Source: an uncultured Clostridia bacterium
GTDB taxonomy: Bacteria > Bacillota > Clostridia > TANB77 > CAG-508
Reading direction: 5' to 3'
Assembly (NCBI GenBank): GCA_948777935.1
Contig: CAQDYY010000001.1
Span: 404,930 to 468,929 of the forward strand
DNA length: 64,000 nt
A program made the translations under genes and the position numbers. Position 1 is the stretch's first letter. The number at the start of each line of letters is the position of its first letter. Of the stretch, positions 19,772-31,235 are shown in pieces. A model generated the notes under the pieces. It was not told the origin of the DNA. It worked only from the letters and a program-made list of their open reading frames with translations, and did no database searches.

Positions 19772-22700
19772 TCATCTATTGACATGAATTTTCCGTTCTT
19801 TTCTAGCTTCAATAATGCTATCTGCTGCAACATTTCCAAGCCCTGGTATACTATTTAATGGTGGTCTTATTTTTCCATCTTCTATTAAGAAATTCTTTGA
19901 ATGAGAATGGTATAAATCTATTGGTAAAAAACTAAAACCTCTTTCATACATTTCCCAAACAATTTCTAAATCATCATACATATCTTTATCTTTTTGTGTT
20001 GCAGAATTTGCCATTAACTCTATTTCTTTCATTTTATTCCTTACTTTTTCTTTTCCATGGCACATTACATCACTATCAAATGCTTTAGCACGAATAGAAA
20101 AATATGCTGCATAATATGCAAGTGGCTTATGTACTTTAAACCATGCAATTCTAAATGCATTTGTTACATATGCTGCTGCGTGTGCTTTTGGGAACATGTA
20201 CTTTATTTTTTCACATGACTTTATATACCAATCTGGCACATCATGTTCTTTCATCATTCCAACATACTCTGCCCATTTTGCAGGATCCTTTAATGCTTTT
20301 CCTTTACGAACTAACTCCATAATCTTAAATGCAGGGTTTGGCTCTAAGCCTTTTTTTATTAAATAAATCATAATATCATCACGGCAGCATATAGCTTCAT
20401 TTAATGTTACTGTCCCTTCTTGTATTAAACTTTGTGCATTATTAAGCCATACATCTGTACCGTGTGATAAACCAGATATACGAATTAACTCATCAAATGT
20501 TGTTGGTTTTGTATCTATTAACATTCCACGAACAAATTTTGTTCCAAATTCTGGTACGCCATAACTACCAACTTCAGAATGAATTTGCTCTGGTGTTACG
20601 CCTAATGCATCTGTTGAAGAAAAAATTGACATAGTTTCTTTATCATCTAATGGTATCTTTGTTGGGTCAATTCCTGTAATATCTTGTAACATTCTAATAA
20701 CTGTCGGATCATCATGTCCTAGTATATCTAATTTTAATAGGTTTTGGTCAATTGAGTGATAATCAAAGTGTGTTGTAATAATATCTGATTTTGGGTCATC
20801 TGCTGGATGTTGTACTGGGCAAAACTCGTAAATTTCTCTTCCTTTTGGTACTACTATAATACCTCCTGGATGTTGTCCTGTTGTTCTTTTTATTCCTGTA
20901 CATCCTTTAGAAATTCTAAGCACTTCTGCTGAACTTACTGGTATTCCGCCTTTCTTCATAATATTTTTTTACATATCCATATGCAGTTTTTTCTGCAACT
21001 GTACCAACTGTTCCCGCTTTAAATGTAGTTCCTTTTCCAAAAATAACCTCTGTATATTTATGTGCTTTTGCTTGATAATCTCCTGAAAAGTTTAAGTCTA
21101 TATCTGGCTCTTTATCTCCATTAAACCCAAGGAATGTTTCAAATGGTATATCCATTCCATCTTTATCTAACTTGTGCCCACATTCTGGGCATTCTTTATC
21201 TGGAAGGTCAAACCCATTTTTATAGCCATAATCTGTAAAATCTGAATATTTACAGTTTGGACATCTATAATGTGGTGGAAGTGAATTTACCTCTGTAATT
21301 CCTGTCATATTTGCTACAAATGAAGAACCTACAGAACCTCTAGAGCCTACTATATATCCATCTTCATTAGATTTCCATACTAATTTTTGTGCAATTATAT
21401 ACATAACTGAAAATCCATTTTTTATAATTGATTGTAGTTCTTTATTTAATCTTTCTTCTACAATAGTAGGTAGATTTTCTCCATATAATTCTTTTGCTTT
21501 AGTCATGGCTATATCTTCAATTTGTTTTTCACAGCCTTCAATATATGGTGGACATTTTTCTGGCGAAATTGGGCTTATGTTTTCACATAAATCTGCTATT
21601 TTATTTGTGTTTGTTACTACTACTTCATAGGCTTTATCTAATCCTAAATACTTAAATTCTTCTATCATTTCATTTGTAGTGCGAAGATATAGTGGTGCTT
21701 GTTCATCTGCATCATCATACCCTTGCCCTGCCATTAAAATTCTTCTATAAATTTCATCTTGTGGATCCATAAAGTGAACATCACATGTTGCTACAACTAA
21801 TTTTCCTAATTTTTCACCCAAATTTACAATTTTTTTATTTATATCTTCTAACGCTTTTTCGTCTGGCACTGTTCCATTTCTTACCATAAACATATTGTTT
21901 CCATTTGGTTGAATTTCTAAGTAGTCGTAATCTTTTGCAATCTGCTCTATTTCTTCATCAGATTTTCCTGCAATAATTGCACGATATAGTTCTCCTGCTT
22001 CACATGCACTTCCTAAAATTAGCCCTTCAGAATATTGTTTATATAAAGATTTTAATATTTTAGGCTTTTTATAAAAGTATTGAAGATGTGAAAATGATAT
22101 TAGTTTATATAAATTTTTAAGCCCAACATAATTCTTTGCTAAAATTATTGCATGGTAACTTGGTAGTTTTTTTAGGTCTGTTTGACCTTCTTCTATTTTA
22201 TCTATATCATCAACTGTTATAGCCCCTTTTTCTTTTAGCATTTCTAGCATTACTTTAAATACTTTTACTAATGTAATAACATCGTCTAATGCACGGTGTG
22301 CCACATCAACTTTTATTCCTAATTTTTCTGCTATAATTCCTAGTTTGTATTTTTTATAATCTGGAAATAAATCTTTTGCTAGGCGTAATGTATCTATATA
22401 TGTGTTTTCTAGCTTGTAACCTAATTGTTCTGCATAGTATTTAATAAAACCAACATCAAAATCTGCATTATGTGCAACTATTACCCTATCTCCAATAAAT
22501 TCTAAAAATTTAGGTAAGATTTCTTCTATTGTTGGTGCATCTTTTACCATTTCATCTGTAATATGTGTAACTTCAACTACTTCTTCTGGTATTGGCATTT
22601 CCGGATTTACAAAATGTTCAAATTCTTCTATAACTTCTCCATTTTTGTAAATAACTGCTCCTAATTCTGTAATTTTGTTTGTACGGAAAGAAAGCCCTGT

Positions 22701-24101
22701 TGTTTCAATATCTAAGACACAATATTCTGTATCTATACTTTGCCCTTTAGGGAAAGATACTGATGGTGTTTTATCTGGTACGAGATATGCTTCTACACCA
22801 TAAATTACTTTCATATCTGGGTTATCTCTACCTAATAATTTGTGTGCTTCTGGAAATGCTTGTACAACTCCATGGTCTGTAATTGCAATAGATTTCCAAC
22901 CCCATTTCATTGCTCTTTTTATTAAATCTGTAGCAGATGTCATTCCATCCATTTGGCTCATTTGTGTATGCATATGTAGTTCTACTCTTTTAACTTCTGC
23001 ATTATCTACTCTTTCTTGTTTTTTCTTTCCTGGTGTTTCTACAATTACATTAGAAATAATTCCTATTTCTTTTGCAAATGGGTCAAATTGTGCAGTTCCA
23101 GAAACTTTAACTGCTTTTGCTTCTTTTAATCTATCCATTACTACCTGCGTCTTTTCTTCTTCTATAAATGCTTTACATGTAATTGTACTTGTTCCATCAT
23201 ATAAATCAAACATAACTAAAAATTTTCCACTTTTTAGCTGTCTTGAATCTATGTTTATAATTTCTCCTTCTATTGCTATTTTTCCACTGTCTATTGAAAT
23301 ATCACTTACTTTTACTAATGTATCTTTTATATTTGCATTTCTTCCTAATATTAGTGGTGTTTTTTCCTCTGGCTCTTGTGGTTCTGCTTCTTGTGAATTT
23401 TCAGCATGCTCTTCGGAGATTTGACGTGCAATGCATGTCCCTACATTGTCTTCTTTATCGTTTTGCTCTTCTTCTACTGCTTCTAATTCACTAATTGCTT
23501 TTTCTATTTCGTATTTTTCTGTTAGCTTGCATTTTTGTTCTATTTTTTCCATTTCTTCTTGTTGTATTTCTTCTACATATTTTACTTTGTACCTCTTATT
23601 ATATAGGCTTGTTAAAGTTTCTTCTAAAGCTTTATCAAACCCTCTTAATGTTAAAAATTCTGCTCCTTTTACAGCTAAACTAACTATTGCTATATTATCT
23701 TTTATTTCTACTTTACTATTGTGTAATAAAAATGCTGTAAATGGGTATTTGTGAGCTACATATTTTATGATATTTTTCCATTCTTTCCAAATATCTACTA
23801 CTTCTACATTTTCGTCATAGTTCATATTTATTTCTATGTTTTCTATATTAAAGCGTTCCTTTAAATATTTATCAAATTCTAGTAATTCGTTTGGTTTAAT
23901 ATATGTATACGAAAATAAATCAATTTCAAGTTTATTACTCTTTTTAAACAAATTGATTTTTTCAATATTTGCTTTAATTATATTAGATTCTATATTATAA
24001 TCACTAAAAATTTCTCCTACTGTTTTTACGTTTTGTGCCATTATTATTCCCCCTAATACATAGGTTATTGTATCATATGAATTTAAAATTTGGAACAACA
24101 A
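19772..24101 (-). CDS. polC: DNA polymerase III PolC-type (Gram-positive replicative polymerase); frame broken at an A7 run near 20965-20972 (ORFs 20916-24101 and 19772-20959)
   Basis: OB/exonuclease [21 protein letters not shown], polymerase core; second ORF carries [20 protein letters not shown]; frames join across gtaaaaaaatat. Confidence 0.9.
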
Positions 24102-24148
24102 ATATTTAATTTTTTTAATTTATTTTGGATTTTATTTAGATTTATGTA

Positions 24149-24445
24149 TTAATATAAATGATTATACTGTTTTGATTTTACCCAAATGATGTTAACAAAA
24201 TGAATATTGTTATCTTCTATACGATAGATAATAACATATTTTAGAATTGGAATTTTTCTGTGCTCTTGTTTTTTATCAAATATAGGATACATTTTAGGAA
24301 AAGTTTTTAAAAGTTTGATTTTTTGAACTAGTAATTTTTGAAATTCATCACTTGAATAGATATAGTTACTTGAATAATAATAAGTATAGATCTTTCTTAA
24401 TGCCATTTTAAATTCGTCTGTTGAGGTAAAATAATAATCATTCAT
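24149..24445 (-). CDS. type II TA toxin, RelE/ParE family (pair 1)
   Basis: 98 aa; FPKMYP...YVIIYRIEDNNIHFVNII matches ParE/RelE C-terminal pattern; overlaps upstream antitoxin by 8 nt. Confidence 0.6.
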   Translation of the reverse strand: MNDYYFTSTDEFKMALRKIYTYYYSSNYIYSSDEFQKLLVQKIKLLKTFPKMYPIFDKKQEHRKIPILKYVIIYRIEDNNIHFVNIIWVKSKQYNHLY

Positions 24446-24647
24446 AATGCTTCAACCCGAATTCTTTTTCCATTTCTCTTAATACTTTATCAAGTGGTTC
24501 TATTCTTCCTGCTTTAATATCTTCTTCTCCTCTTCTTATTGCTTCTTTTACATATTCGTTGTATTCTCGGTCTTGTCTTGCTTTTTCTTGTAGATATTCT
24601 TTTAGATTAAATATCTTCTTTAGTTTTAGTTCTTTTACATTTATCAT
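24438..24647 (-). CDS. type II TA antitoxin (small DNA-binding, ParD/RHH-like) pair 1
   Basis: 69 aa from MINVKELKLKK; track N-extension lies over predicted promoter TTGCAT-17-TAAATT. Confidence 0.55.
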   Translation of the reverse strand: MINVKELKLKKIFNLKEYLQEKARQDREYNEYVKEAIRRGEEDIKAGRIEPLDKVLREMEKEFGLKHYE

Positions 24648-24766
24648 GTTTTTACATCCTTTCCTAATATAATTTACCACACAAGAACATATTATGCAAT
24701 ACTTTTTTGGCAATGTTTTAATATTTAGTTGTTACTTTTATTTTGGATTTGGTTTAGATTTATGTA

Positions 24767-25042
24767 TTAATAAAATAGACTTTTATAATTTGATTTTATT
24801 GGAAATATATCATAGATATTAATTAAATCGTCTTTAACTATATATAGAATAATATAATTCTTAACCCAGAACTTTCGATATTTTGTATTTTCAAATACTG
24901 GATACATTTTAGGAAATATTCTAATGTTTTCTATTTTTAATAAGATTATTTTATACATATCTTCAGAAAATTGTTCTGTATTTTGTAATAATGATGCTAC
25001 ATTGTATGTAAATTTATCAGAGAAATGAACATTCTTAATCAT
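24767..25042 (-). CDS. type II TA toxin, RelE/ParE family (pair 2, diverged paralogue)
   Basis: 91 aa; FPKMYPVF...YIILYIVKDDLINIYDI; same architecture as pair 1. Confidence 0.55.
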   Translation of the reverse strand: MIKNVHFSDKFTYNVASLLQNTEQFSEDMYKIILLKIENIRIFPKMYPVFENTKYRKFWVKNYIILYIVKDDLINIYDIFPIKSNYKSLFY

Positions 25043-25244
25043 AGTGCTTCATCCCCAGTTCTTCTTCCATGTATTTTTTGAATTCTTCTAATGTACAATA
25101 TCTTCCTGCTACAAAGTCTTCTTCTGCTTCTTTAAGTCCTTTTTCTATATATTGTCTGTATTCTCGGTCTTGTCTTGCTTTTTCTTGTAGATATTCTTTT
25201 AGATTAAATATCTTCTTTAGTTTTAGTTCTTTTACATTTATCAT
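25035..25244 (-). CDS. type II TA antitoxin pair 2
   Basis: N-terminal 30 aa identical to antitoxin 1, C-terminal toxin-binding half diverged. Confidence 0.55.
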   Translation of the reverse strand: MINVKELKLKKIFNLKEYLQEKARQDREYRQYIEKGLKEAEEDFVAGRYCTLEEFKKYMEEELGMKHYD

Positions 25245-25315
25245 GTTTTCACATCCTTTCCTATTATAATTTACCACACAAGAACATATTATGCAATACT
25301 TTTTTGGCAAAATTT

Positions 25316-25375
25316 AAAAAGTAGCTTCACCATAGGGACGAGCAATGCTCTCCCCTATAGCTTTAACATGAAGCA
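25316..25375 (+). repeat. Family-3 structured element, copy 2
   Basis: See copy 1 at 8626-8685. Confidence 0.5.
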
Positions 25376-25390
25376 TCGTACTTTTCTATT

Positions 25391-26656
25391 TTAAAACAAT
25401 CTTAATATATCATTATATGTTACAAATATTGTTAATCCTATTAATAACGCAAAACCTAATGTTTGAATTTTCATTTCTGTTTCTTCCTTTATAGGCTTTC
25501 TTCTTACTGCTTCTATTAAGTAAATTACTACTTTTCCTCCATCTAATGGTGGGAATGGAAGTAAGTTTGTAACTCCAAGTGACAAAGATATAAGCGCTAA
25601 TAAATAGATGAAATCTTCAATTCCTTGTGTTTTTGCAACCATTGTTGAAATTCCTATTGGCCCTGTTAATTGGTTTGTCGATACTTTTCCTGTAAATAAC
25701 ATCTTTAAGTTTTCAATAATTGAAGTAGAAAAATCTACTGTATTCCAAAAACCATAGTATACATTGTTTGCAAAGCTATCTTCTGCCTCTTTAAAACTAA
25801 CTCCTAGTACATATGTGTTTGATGTTTGGGCATCTACTCTAATTTCTTTTATTTCTTCTTTTCTCCTAATTGTAAAATTAATTTCATTTGTTTCAGCTTC
25901 ACTTATATAAGATACTACTTTATATGGATCATATTCTACATCATTACCATTTACTTTTAATATAATATCTCCTACTTCAATACCTTGTTTTTCAGCAGGG
26001 CTACTTGGGTATAGTGCCACTACCTCTGTTGTTAAGTTTTCTCCTTCTGTTCCTAAATAAATACCTGTATCTTTTCCTACTATCGTTTTTGGTTTTACTG
26101 TATATTCTAAAACTTCACCATTTCTTTTAACTTGTACTTTAACTTCTTCTCCTTTTGATTCCTCCATTATATCTGTAATATCTTGTTTCATATGAACTTT
26201 TTTTCCATTGATACGTACAATTTCATCTCCTGATAGTATCCCTGCTTGCATTGCTCCATAGTCTTTCTCCATAGTTTCAATAACTTGTGATACATTTCCA
26301 CCAACTGCTGAAACTAAACAAAAGTATACTAATAATCCAAATACAATATTAACAGCTCCTCCAGCCATCACTATTGCTATCCTTTTAGGAATACTTGTTT
26401 TACTAAAAGAACCTTCCTTTTCGGAACGTTCTTCTTCTCCTTCCATACTTACAAAACCACCTAATGGTATCAATCTTAAGGCATATTTAGTTTTGGTATT
26501 TTTACTTTTCCATATAGTAGGACCAAATCCAATTGCAAATTCATTTACAGTTACTTTACAAAGTTTTGCTACAAGAAAATGCCCACCTTCATGTATTAAA
26601 ATAAGAAATCCTAATAAAAAAATTACTTTTATTACTGTTATTAAAAAACTTAACAA
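25391..26656 (-). CDS. rseP: RIP zinc metalloprotease RseP/RasP (site-2 protease) with PDZ domain
   Basis: 421 aa; HEGGHFLVAK (HExxH) in TM1, PDZ region, C-terminal LDGG motif. Confidence 0.9.
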   Translation of the reverse strand: MLSFLITVIKVIFLLGFLILIHEGGHFLVAKLCKVTVNEFAIGFGPTIWKSKNTKTKYALRLIPLGGFVSMEGEEERSEKEGSFSKTSIPKRIAIVMAGGAVNIVFGLLVYFCLVSAVGGNVSQVIETMEKDYGAMQAGILSGDEIVRINGKKVHMKQDITDIMEESKGEEVKVQVKRNGEVLEYTVKPKTIVGKDTGIYLGTEGENLTTEVVALYPSSPAEKQGIEVGDIILKVNGNDVEYDPYKVVSYISEAETNEINFTIRRKEEIKEIRVDAQTSNTYVLGVSFKEAEDSFANNVYYGFWNTVDFSTSIIENLKMLFTGKVSTNQLTGPIGISTMVAKTQGIEDFIYLLALISLSLGVTNLLPFPPLDGGKVVIYLIEAVRRKPIKEETEMKIQTLGFALLIGLTIFVTYNDILRLF

Positions 26657-26667
26657 ATAATCTCCTC

Positions 26668-27472
26668 CTATAACAATTTAAGAAGTATATATGCAAATGG
26701 TGCAATAAAAATAACACTATCTATTCTATCTAACATTCCACCATGTCCTGGAATTAGATTACTAAAATCTTTTATTTCTACATATCTTTTTATACTTGAT
26801 GCTGCAAAATCTCCTATTTGCCCAACAATACTTAAAATAATTTGTATTAACAATACTTTTATGTATGAAAAATCAGTGTTAAATACATTATTAAATAAAC
26901 AAGCTATTCCCAATCCAAATATAACTGCTCCTATTATTCCACCTATACAACCTTCTATTGTTTTATTTGGACTAATTTTACTAAATTTATGTTTTCCTAT
27001 TGCTTTTCCTATTAAATACGCTAATGTATCTGTTCCCCAAGCAGCAGCCAATAGAAACCATACTAATAATTTTCCATTTTCCATTGAATGTATTAATGGT
27101 ACAAACATTAGAAATAGCGAAATATAGCAAATTCCAAAAAAGGTAATAGCTATATCATTTATATTTCTTTTCATATTACTTAGTATTACATGTAAAAATA
27201 ATATTGTAATTCCTGCTGGAATTAGTATACTAACAATAGTCATTGCATGTTGTACTGGAATTATATGAATAAATGCTATTAATGCAGAGGCTACATATCC
27301 GAATCCAAATTACAGGATTTGCTTTTCCTTTGAATGCATTAAAATATTCATGTAAGCTTAATCCAGCAACAATCGCAAATGTAACATCTACTACATAATT
27401 ATTCCCTAAAACTAATAATATAACCACAAGTGGCATACCAACAAGTGCAGAAACCCATCTTTTTATATCCAT
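26668..27472 (-). CDS. cdsA: phosphatidate cytidylyltransferase CdsA; frame broken near 27300-27310
   Basis: N-terminal 80-aa ORF matches CdsA N-terminus; downstream frame open from 27309 and has C-terminal signature IPGHGGMLDRIDS. Confidence 0.8.
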
Positions 27473-27487
27473 ATATCTTTACCTTTC

Positions 27488-28207
27488 TTATTTTCCCTTT
27501 TTTATAGTTCGGTTTTGATATTCTTTTATTGCTTCTAATAAATCTTCTTTTGTAAAATCTGGCCAATTCTTTTCCATAAATACAAATTCTGAATAAATGG
27601 TTTGCCATGGCAAGAACCCACTAGTTCTTATTTGTCCACTAGTTCTTATTATTAAATCTGGATCTGGTTGCCCACTAGTGTAAAGGTGATTACTTATCAT
27701 TTCTTCTGAAATATCTTCTATTTTTAAATCACCTTTTTGTACACCCTCAGCAATTTCTTTTACTGCTTTTACAATTTCTTGTCTTCCTCCATAGTTTAAA
27801 GCTATATTAAATACAACTCCTGTATTATTTTTAGTTCTTTCTATTGTTTTTTCAATGCCTTTTTGCAGACCTTTTGATAAAGCCTCTTTATCTCCTAACA
27901 TTTTTACTTTGATATTTTCTGTATCTGCACGTTTTGCAAAATCATCTAAGTAAGTTTGTAACAGCATCATTAATGCTCCTACTTCTTCTTTTGTACGATT
28001 CCAATTTTCGGTAGAAAAAGCATATACTGTAAGATACTTTATTCCAATTTCATTTGCATATCTTACAATATCTTCTAGTACTTTAGCTCCTTCTTTATGC
28101 CCTAGCTTAGGATCCATTCCTCTTTTTTTTGCCCATGTACGATTTCCATCCATAATAATTCCAATATGTTTTGGAAGTCTTGACATATCAATTTGTTCTA
28201 TTGTCAT
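27488..28207 (-). CDS. uppS: undecaprenyl-diphosphate synthase
   Basis: IIMDGNRTWAKKRG motif; start moved to Met20 with AAGGAGA RBS. Confidence 0.9.
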   Translation of the reverse strand: MTIEQIDMSRLPKHIGIIMDGNRTWAKKRGMDPKLGHKEGAKVLEDIVRYANEIGIKYLTVYAFSTENWNRTKEEVGALMMLLQTYLDDFAKRADTENIKVKMLGDKEALSKGLQKGIEKTIERTKNNTGVVFNIALNYGGRQEIVKAVKEIAEGVQKGDLKIEDISEEMISNHLYTSGQPDPDLIIRTSGQIRTSGFLPWQTIYSEFVFMEKNWPDFTKEDLLEAIKEYQNRTIKKGK

Positions 28208-28256
28208 TGTTTTCTCCTTATTTGTTGGGTAAATATATATTTGCCCATATAGTTTG

Positions 28257-28805
28257 CTATACACTCATAATTTCTTTTTCTTTGTTATCTGTTATAGAAT
28301 CAATTTCAGCTATTTTCTTATCTGTTATTTTTTGTATGTCTTCTTCTGCTGTTCTTAAATCATCTTCTGTAATAACAGAATCTTTTTGCTGTTTTTTAAA
28401 TTCATCTATTCCATCTCTACGAACCACACGTATAGCAACTTTTGCTTCTTCTGCCATTTTTTTAATGTCTTTTACTAATTCTTTTCTTCTTTCCTCGTTT
28501 AATTCTGGAAATGCTAGTCTAATTACTTTTCCGTCATTATTTGGATTTATTCCAATATCTGATGCCAATATTGCTCTTTCAATTTCTTTTAATATTCCCA
28601 TATCCCATGGTTGAATAACTATTAACCTTGCTTCTGGAACTGAAATTCCTGCTACTTGACTAATTGGTGTTTCTACACCATAGTAATCCACTTTTACTTT
28701 ATTTAATATAGCAGGGTTTGCTCTTCCTGCTCTTACTGCTGCTAAATTTTCTACAAATACGCTAATTGTTTTTTCCATTTTTTCTTCTATAAATTTATAA
28801 TCCAT
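28257..28805 (-). CDS. frr: ribosome recycling factor
   Basis: 182 aa; conserved RRF fold sequence. Confidence 0.9.
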   Translation of the reverse strand: MDYKFIEEKMEKTISVFVENLAAVRAGRANPAILNKVKVDYYGVETPISQVAGISVPEARLIVIQPWDMGILKEIERAILASDIGINPNNDGKVIRLAFPELNEERRKELVKDIKKMAEEAKVAIRVVRRDGIDEFKKQQKDSVITEDDLRTAEEDIQKITDKKIAEIDSITDNKEKEIMSV

Positions 28806-28829
28806 AACTATCTCCTTTATCTTTTTTTC

Positions 28830-28879
28830 TTAGGCACAGTGTGTAGGCTCACGAGTATTCTTAAACAATGGTGCCCCTA
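28830..28879 (-). repeat. Family-1 element, diverged copy D (between pyrH and frr)
   Basis: GTAGGGGCACCATTGTTTAAGAATAC...ACACTGTGCC shares ends and GAATAC core with copies A-C. Confidence 0.4.
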
Positions 28880-28882
28880 CAT

Positions 28883-29590
28883 TTATTTTACAATAGTACC
28901 TATTTTTTCTCCTTTTACAATTTTAACCATATTTTCTGGTTTTGCAATTTCAAATACCATTAATGGAATTTGATTATCTCTACAAAGTGCTGTTGCTGTC
29001 GAATCCATTACTTTTAAGTCTTTTGTTAAAATATCTGTATATGATATTTCGTCATATTTAACTGCATTTGGATCTATTTTAGGATCTGCTGAATAGACTC
29101 CATCAATAGTTTTTGCAAGTAAAATAATTTCTGCATTGATTTCTGCTGCACGAAGTGCTGCTCCTGTATCTGTAGAAAAATATGGGTTTCCTGTTCCACA
29201 TGCAAATATAACGATTCTTCCTCTTTCTAAATGTTTTACTGCTTTTCTTCTAATATATGGTTCTGCAATTTGTCTCATTTCAATTGCTGTTTGAACTCTA
29301 GTTTTTAATCCTCTTGCTTCTAATGCATCTTGAAGTGCTAATGCATTCATTGTTGTTGCAAGCATTCCCATGTAATCTGATGTTGTTCTTTCCATTTCAT
29401 GCCCATATTTTCCTCTCCAGAAGTTTCCTCCTCCAACAACAATTCCAACTTCTACTCCTAAATCCACAACATTTTTAATTTGGTCACATATGCTTCCTAT
29501 AACATCAGCATATACACCTGTTTTTTTGTCTCCTGCTAATGCTTCTCCACTTAGCTTTAGTAAAACTCTTTTATATTTTACTTCCTCCAC
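28883..29590 (-). CDS. pyrH: UMP kinase
   Basis: 235 aa; KLSGEAL, GGGN motifs of amino-acid kinase family. Confidence 0.9.
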   Translation of the reverse strand: MEEVKYKRVLLKLSGEALAGDKKTGVYADVIGSICDQIKNVVDLGVEVGIVVGGGNFWRGKYGHEMERTTSDYMGMLATTMNALALQDALEARGLKTRVQTAIEMRQIAEPYIRRKAVKHLERGRIVIFACGTGNPYFSTDTGAALRAAEINAEIILLAKTIDGVYSADPKIDPNAVKYDEISYTDILTKDLKVMDSTATALCRDNQIPLMVFEIAKPENMVKIVKGEKIGTIVK

Positions 29591-29764
29591 AAAAATACAC
29601 TCTCCCTATATTTATATTTTATCGTTTCCTATTCTATCATATATTCTTTAAATTTTGCACTACTTTTTAAGAAATTCTTAAATTTTATTAATTAGTTATT
29701 TTTAAATAAGAAAAATAGAGTCCTTAAGTAAATTTTATCAATTTTTTAAAGACTCTATTTTTCT

Positions 29765-31024
29765 CTATTTTCTATTCCAACCTTCTTTATTTGTTTGTCT
29801 TTGTCTTGCAATGGCAAGTGAATCATCTGGTACATCATCTGTTATTGTAGACCCTGCTGCAACAAATGTATTTCTTCCTAAATTTACTGGTGCTACTAAA
29901 TTTGTATTTGAACCAATAAAAGAATTTTCTCCTATTATAGTTTTACTTTTATTAAATCCATCGTAGTTGCATGTAATTGTTCCACATCCAATGTTGGTTT
30001 TTCCACCAATTTCACAATCTCCCATATATGAAAGATGTGGTACTTTAGTGCCTTCTCCAATTATTGCTTTTTTTACTTCTACAAAACTTCCTATTTTTAC
30101 TTTATCACTTAACCTACATCCTTCACGAATGTACGCATTTGGTCCAATTTCACAATCCTCTCCTATTATTACCCCTGATTTAATAGTGGTATTTGGATGA
30201 ATAACTGTATCTATTCCTATTTCTACATCATCATATATATATGTATTGTTAATATCTTCTATTGTTACACCATTTTTCATATGTTCTGTATTAATTCTAA
30301 GTTGTAATGCCTTAGTTAAAATTTGTAAATCCATTCTATCATTTATTCCTAGCACTTCTGCATTATCTGATACTACAATAGAACCTGTTTTTAAGCCTTT
30401 ATCATACATAATTTTAATAACATCTGTTAAATAATACTCTTTTTGTACATTATCATTATTTAATTCCTTTAGCGCACTTTGTAGTTCTTCTATATCAAAG
30501 CAATACATACCAAGGTTTACTTCTCTTATTTGTTGTTGTTCTAGTGTACAATCTTTGTGTTCAATAATTTGTTTAATATTACCTTTTTCGTCATGTATAA
30601 TCTTTCCATAAGGTAATATATTATCATGAACCATTGTTAAAATTGTAGCACTTTCTCCCCTTTCATTTGATACTTCTACAAGTTTTTTTAAAGTTTCTGG
30701 TCTCATAATTGGATGATCTCCATTTAATACTAAAACCTTTCCTTTTCTTCCTTCTAATAATTTAGCTGCCTGTATAACAGCATGCCCTGTCCCTAATTGT
30801 TCCTCTTGCACTGCATATTTTACTGTATCTTTTAATACATCTTCTATTTGCTCTTTTTGGTATCCTACAACAGTAATAACTTCTTCTATTCCTGCTCTTT
30901 TTACATTTTCTACCGCTCTTCTAATTATTTCTTTTCCATATATTTTATGTACTAATTTTGATTTTTTAGATTTCATTCTTGTACCTTTTCCTGCTGCCAT
31001 TACAATAGCTACTGCTTGTTCCAT
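29765..31024 (-). CDS. glmU: bifunctional GlcNAc-1-P uridyltransferase / GlcN-1-P acetyltransferase (GlmU-like)
   Basis: N-terminal AIVMAAGKGTRMKS nucleotidyltransferase motif, C-terminal left-handed beta-helix hexapeptide repeats; terminator hairpin at 29703-29760. Confidence 0.75.
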   Translation of the reverse strand: MEQAVAIVMAAGKGTRMKSKKSKLVHKIYGKEIIRRAVENVKRAGIEEVITVVGYQKEQIEDVLKDTVKYAVQEEQLGTGHAVIQAAKLLEGRKGKVLVLNGDHPIMRPETLKKLVEVSNERGESATILTMVHDNILPYGKIIHDEKGNIKQIIEHKDCTLEQQQIREVNLGMYCFDIEELQSALKELNNDNVQKEYYLTDVIKIMYDKGLKTGSIVVSDNAEVLGINDRMDLQILTKALQLRINTEHMKNGVTIEDINNTYIYDDVEIGIDTVIHPNTTIKSGVIIGEDCEIGPNAYIREGCRLSDKVKIGSFVEVKKAIIGEGTKVPHLSYMGDCEIGGKTNIGCGTITCNYDGFNKSKTIIGENSFIGSNTNLVAPVNLGRNTFVAAGSTITDDVPDDSLAIARQRQTNKEGWNRK

Positions 31025-31235
31025 ATAACATCTATCCTTTCTAAAGTCTATCTACTTTTAGATTTACGTCCTATATTCTATCATAAAAAAATATAGAATG
31101 CAATCCCACTACATTTTATTCATATAGTGAGGTTTTTGTTAAATTTTTATAAAAATAGGAATAATCCTTTTTTTATTAAATATAAATTAATAAAGTTAAT
31201 TTTGTACAAACATTTTTTGAGGGGGTAAATAATAA

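Noticed and set aside
24648-24713. 22-aa Cys-rich N-terminal extensions (MPKKYCIICSCVVNY..) on both antitoxin ORFs, which might be a zinc ribbon.
   Set aside because: The segment coincides with the predicted promoter (TTGCAT-17-TAAATT) and RBS of the antitoxin. Its conservation between copies is explained by the tandem duplication, and MINVKEL is the likely start.
27230-27472. Separate 80-aa ORF (and overlapping 27399-27608 ORF) upstream of cdsA.
   Set aside because: The 27230-27472 ORF is the frameshifted N-terminus of cdsA. The 27399-27608 ORF overlaps uppS in another frame and has no support.
31025-31235. Sigma-E promoter for spoIVA.
   Set aside because: A TCATATA -35-like element is present, but I could not find a convincing CATACA-T -10 at the correct spacing, so no promoter is called.
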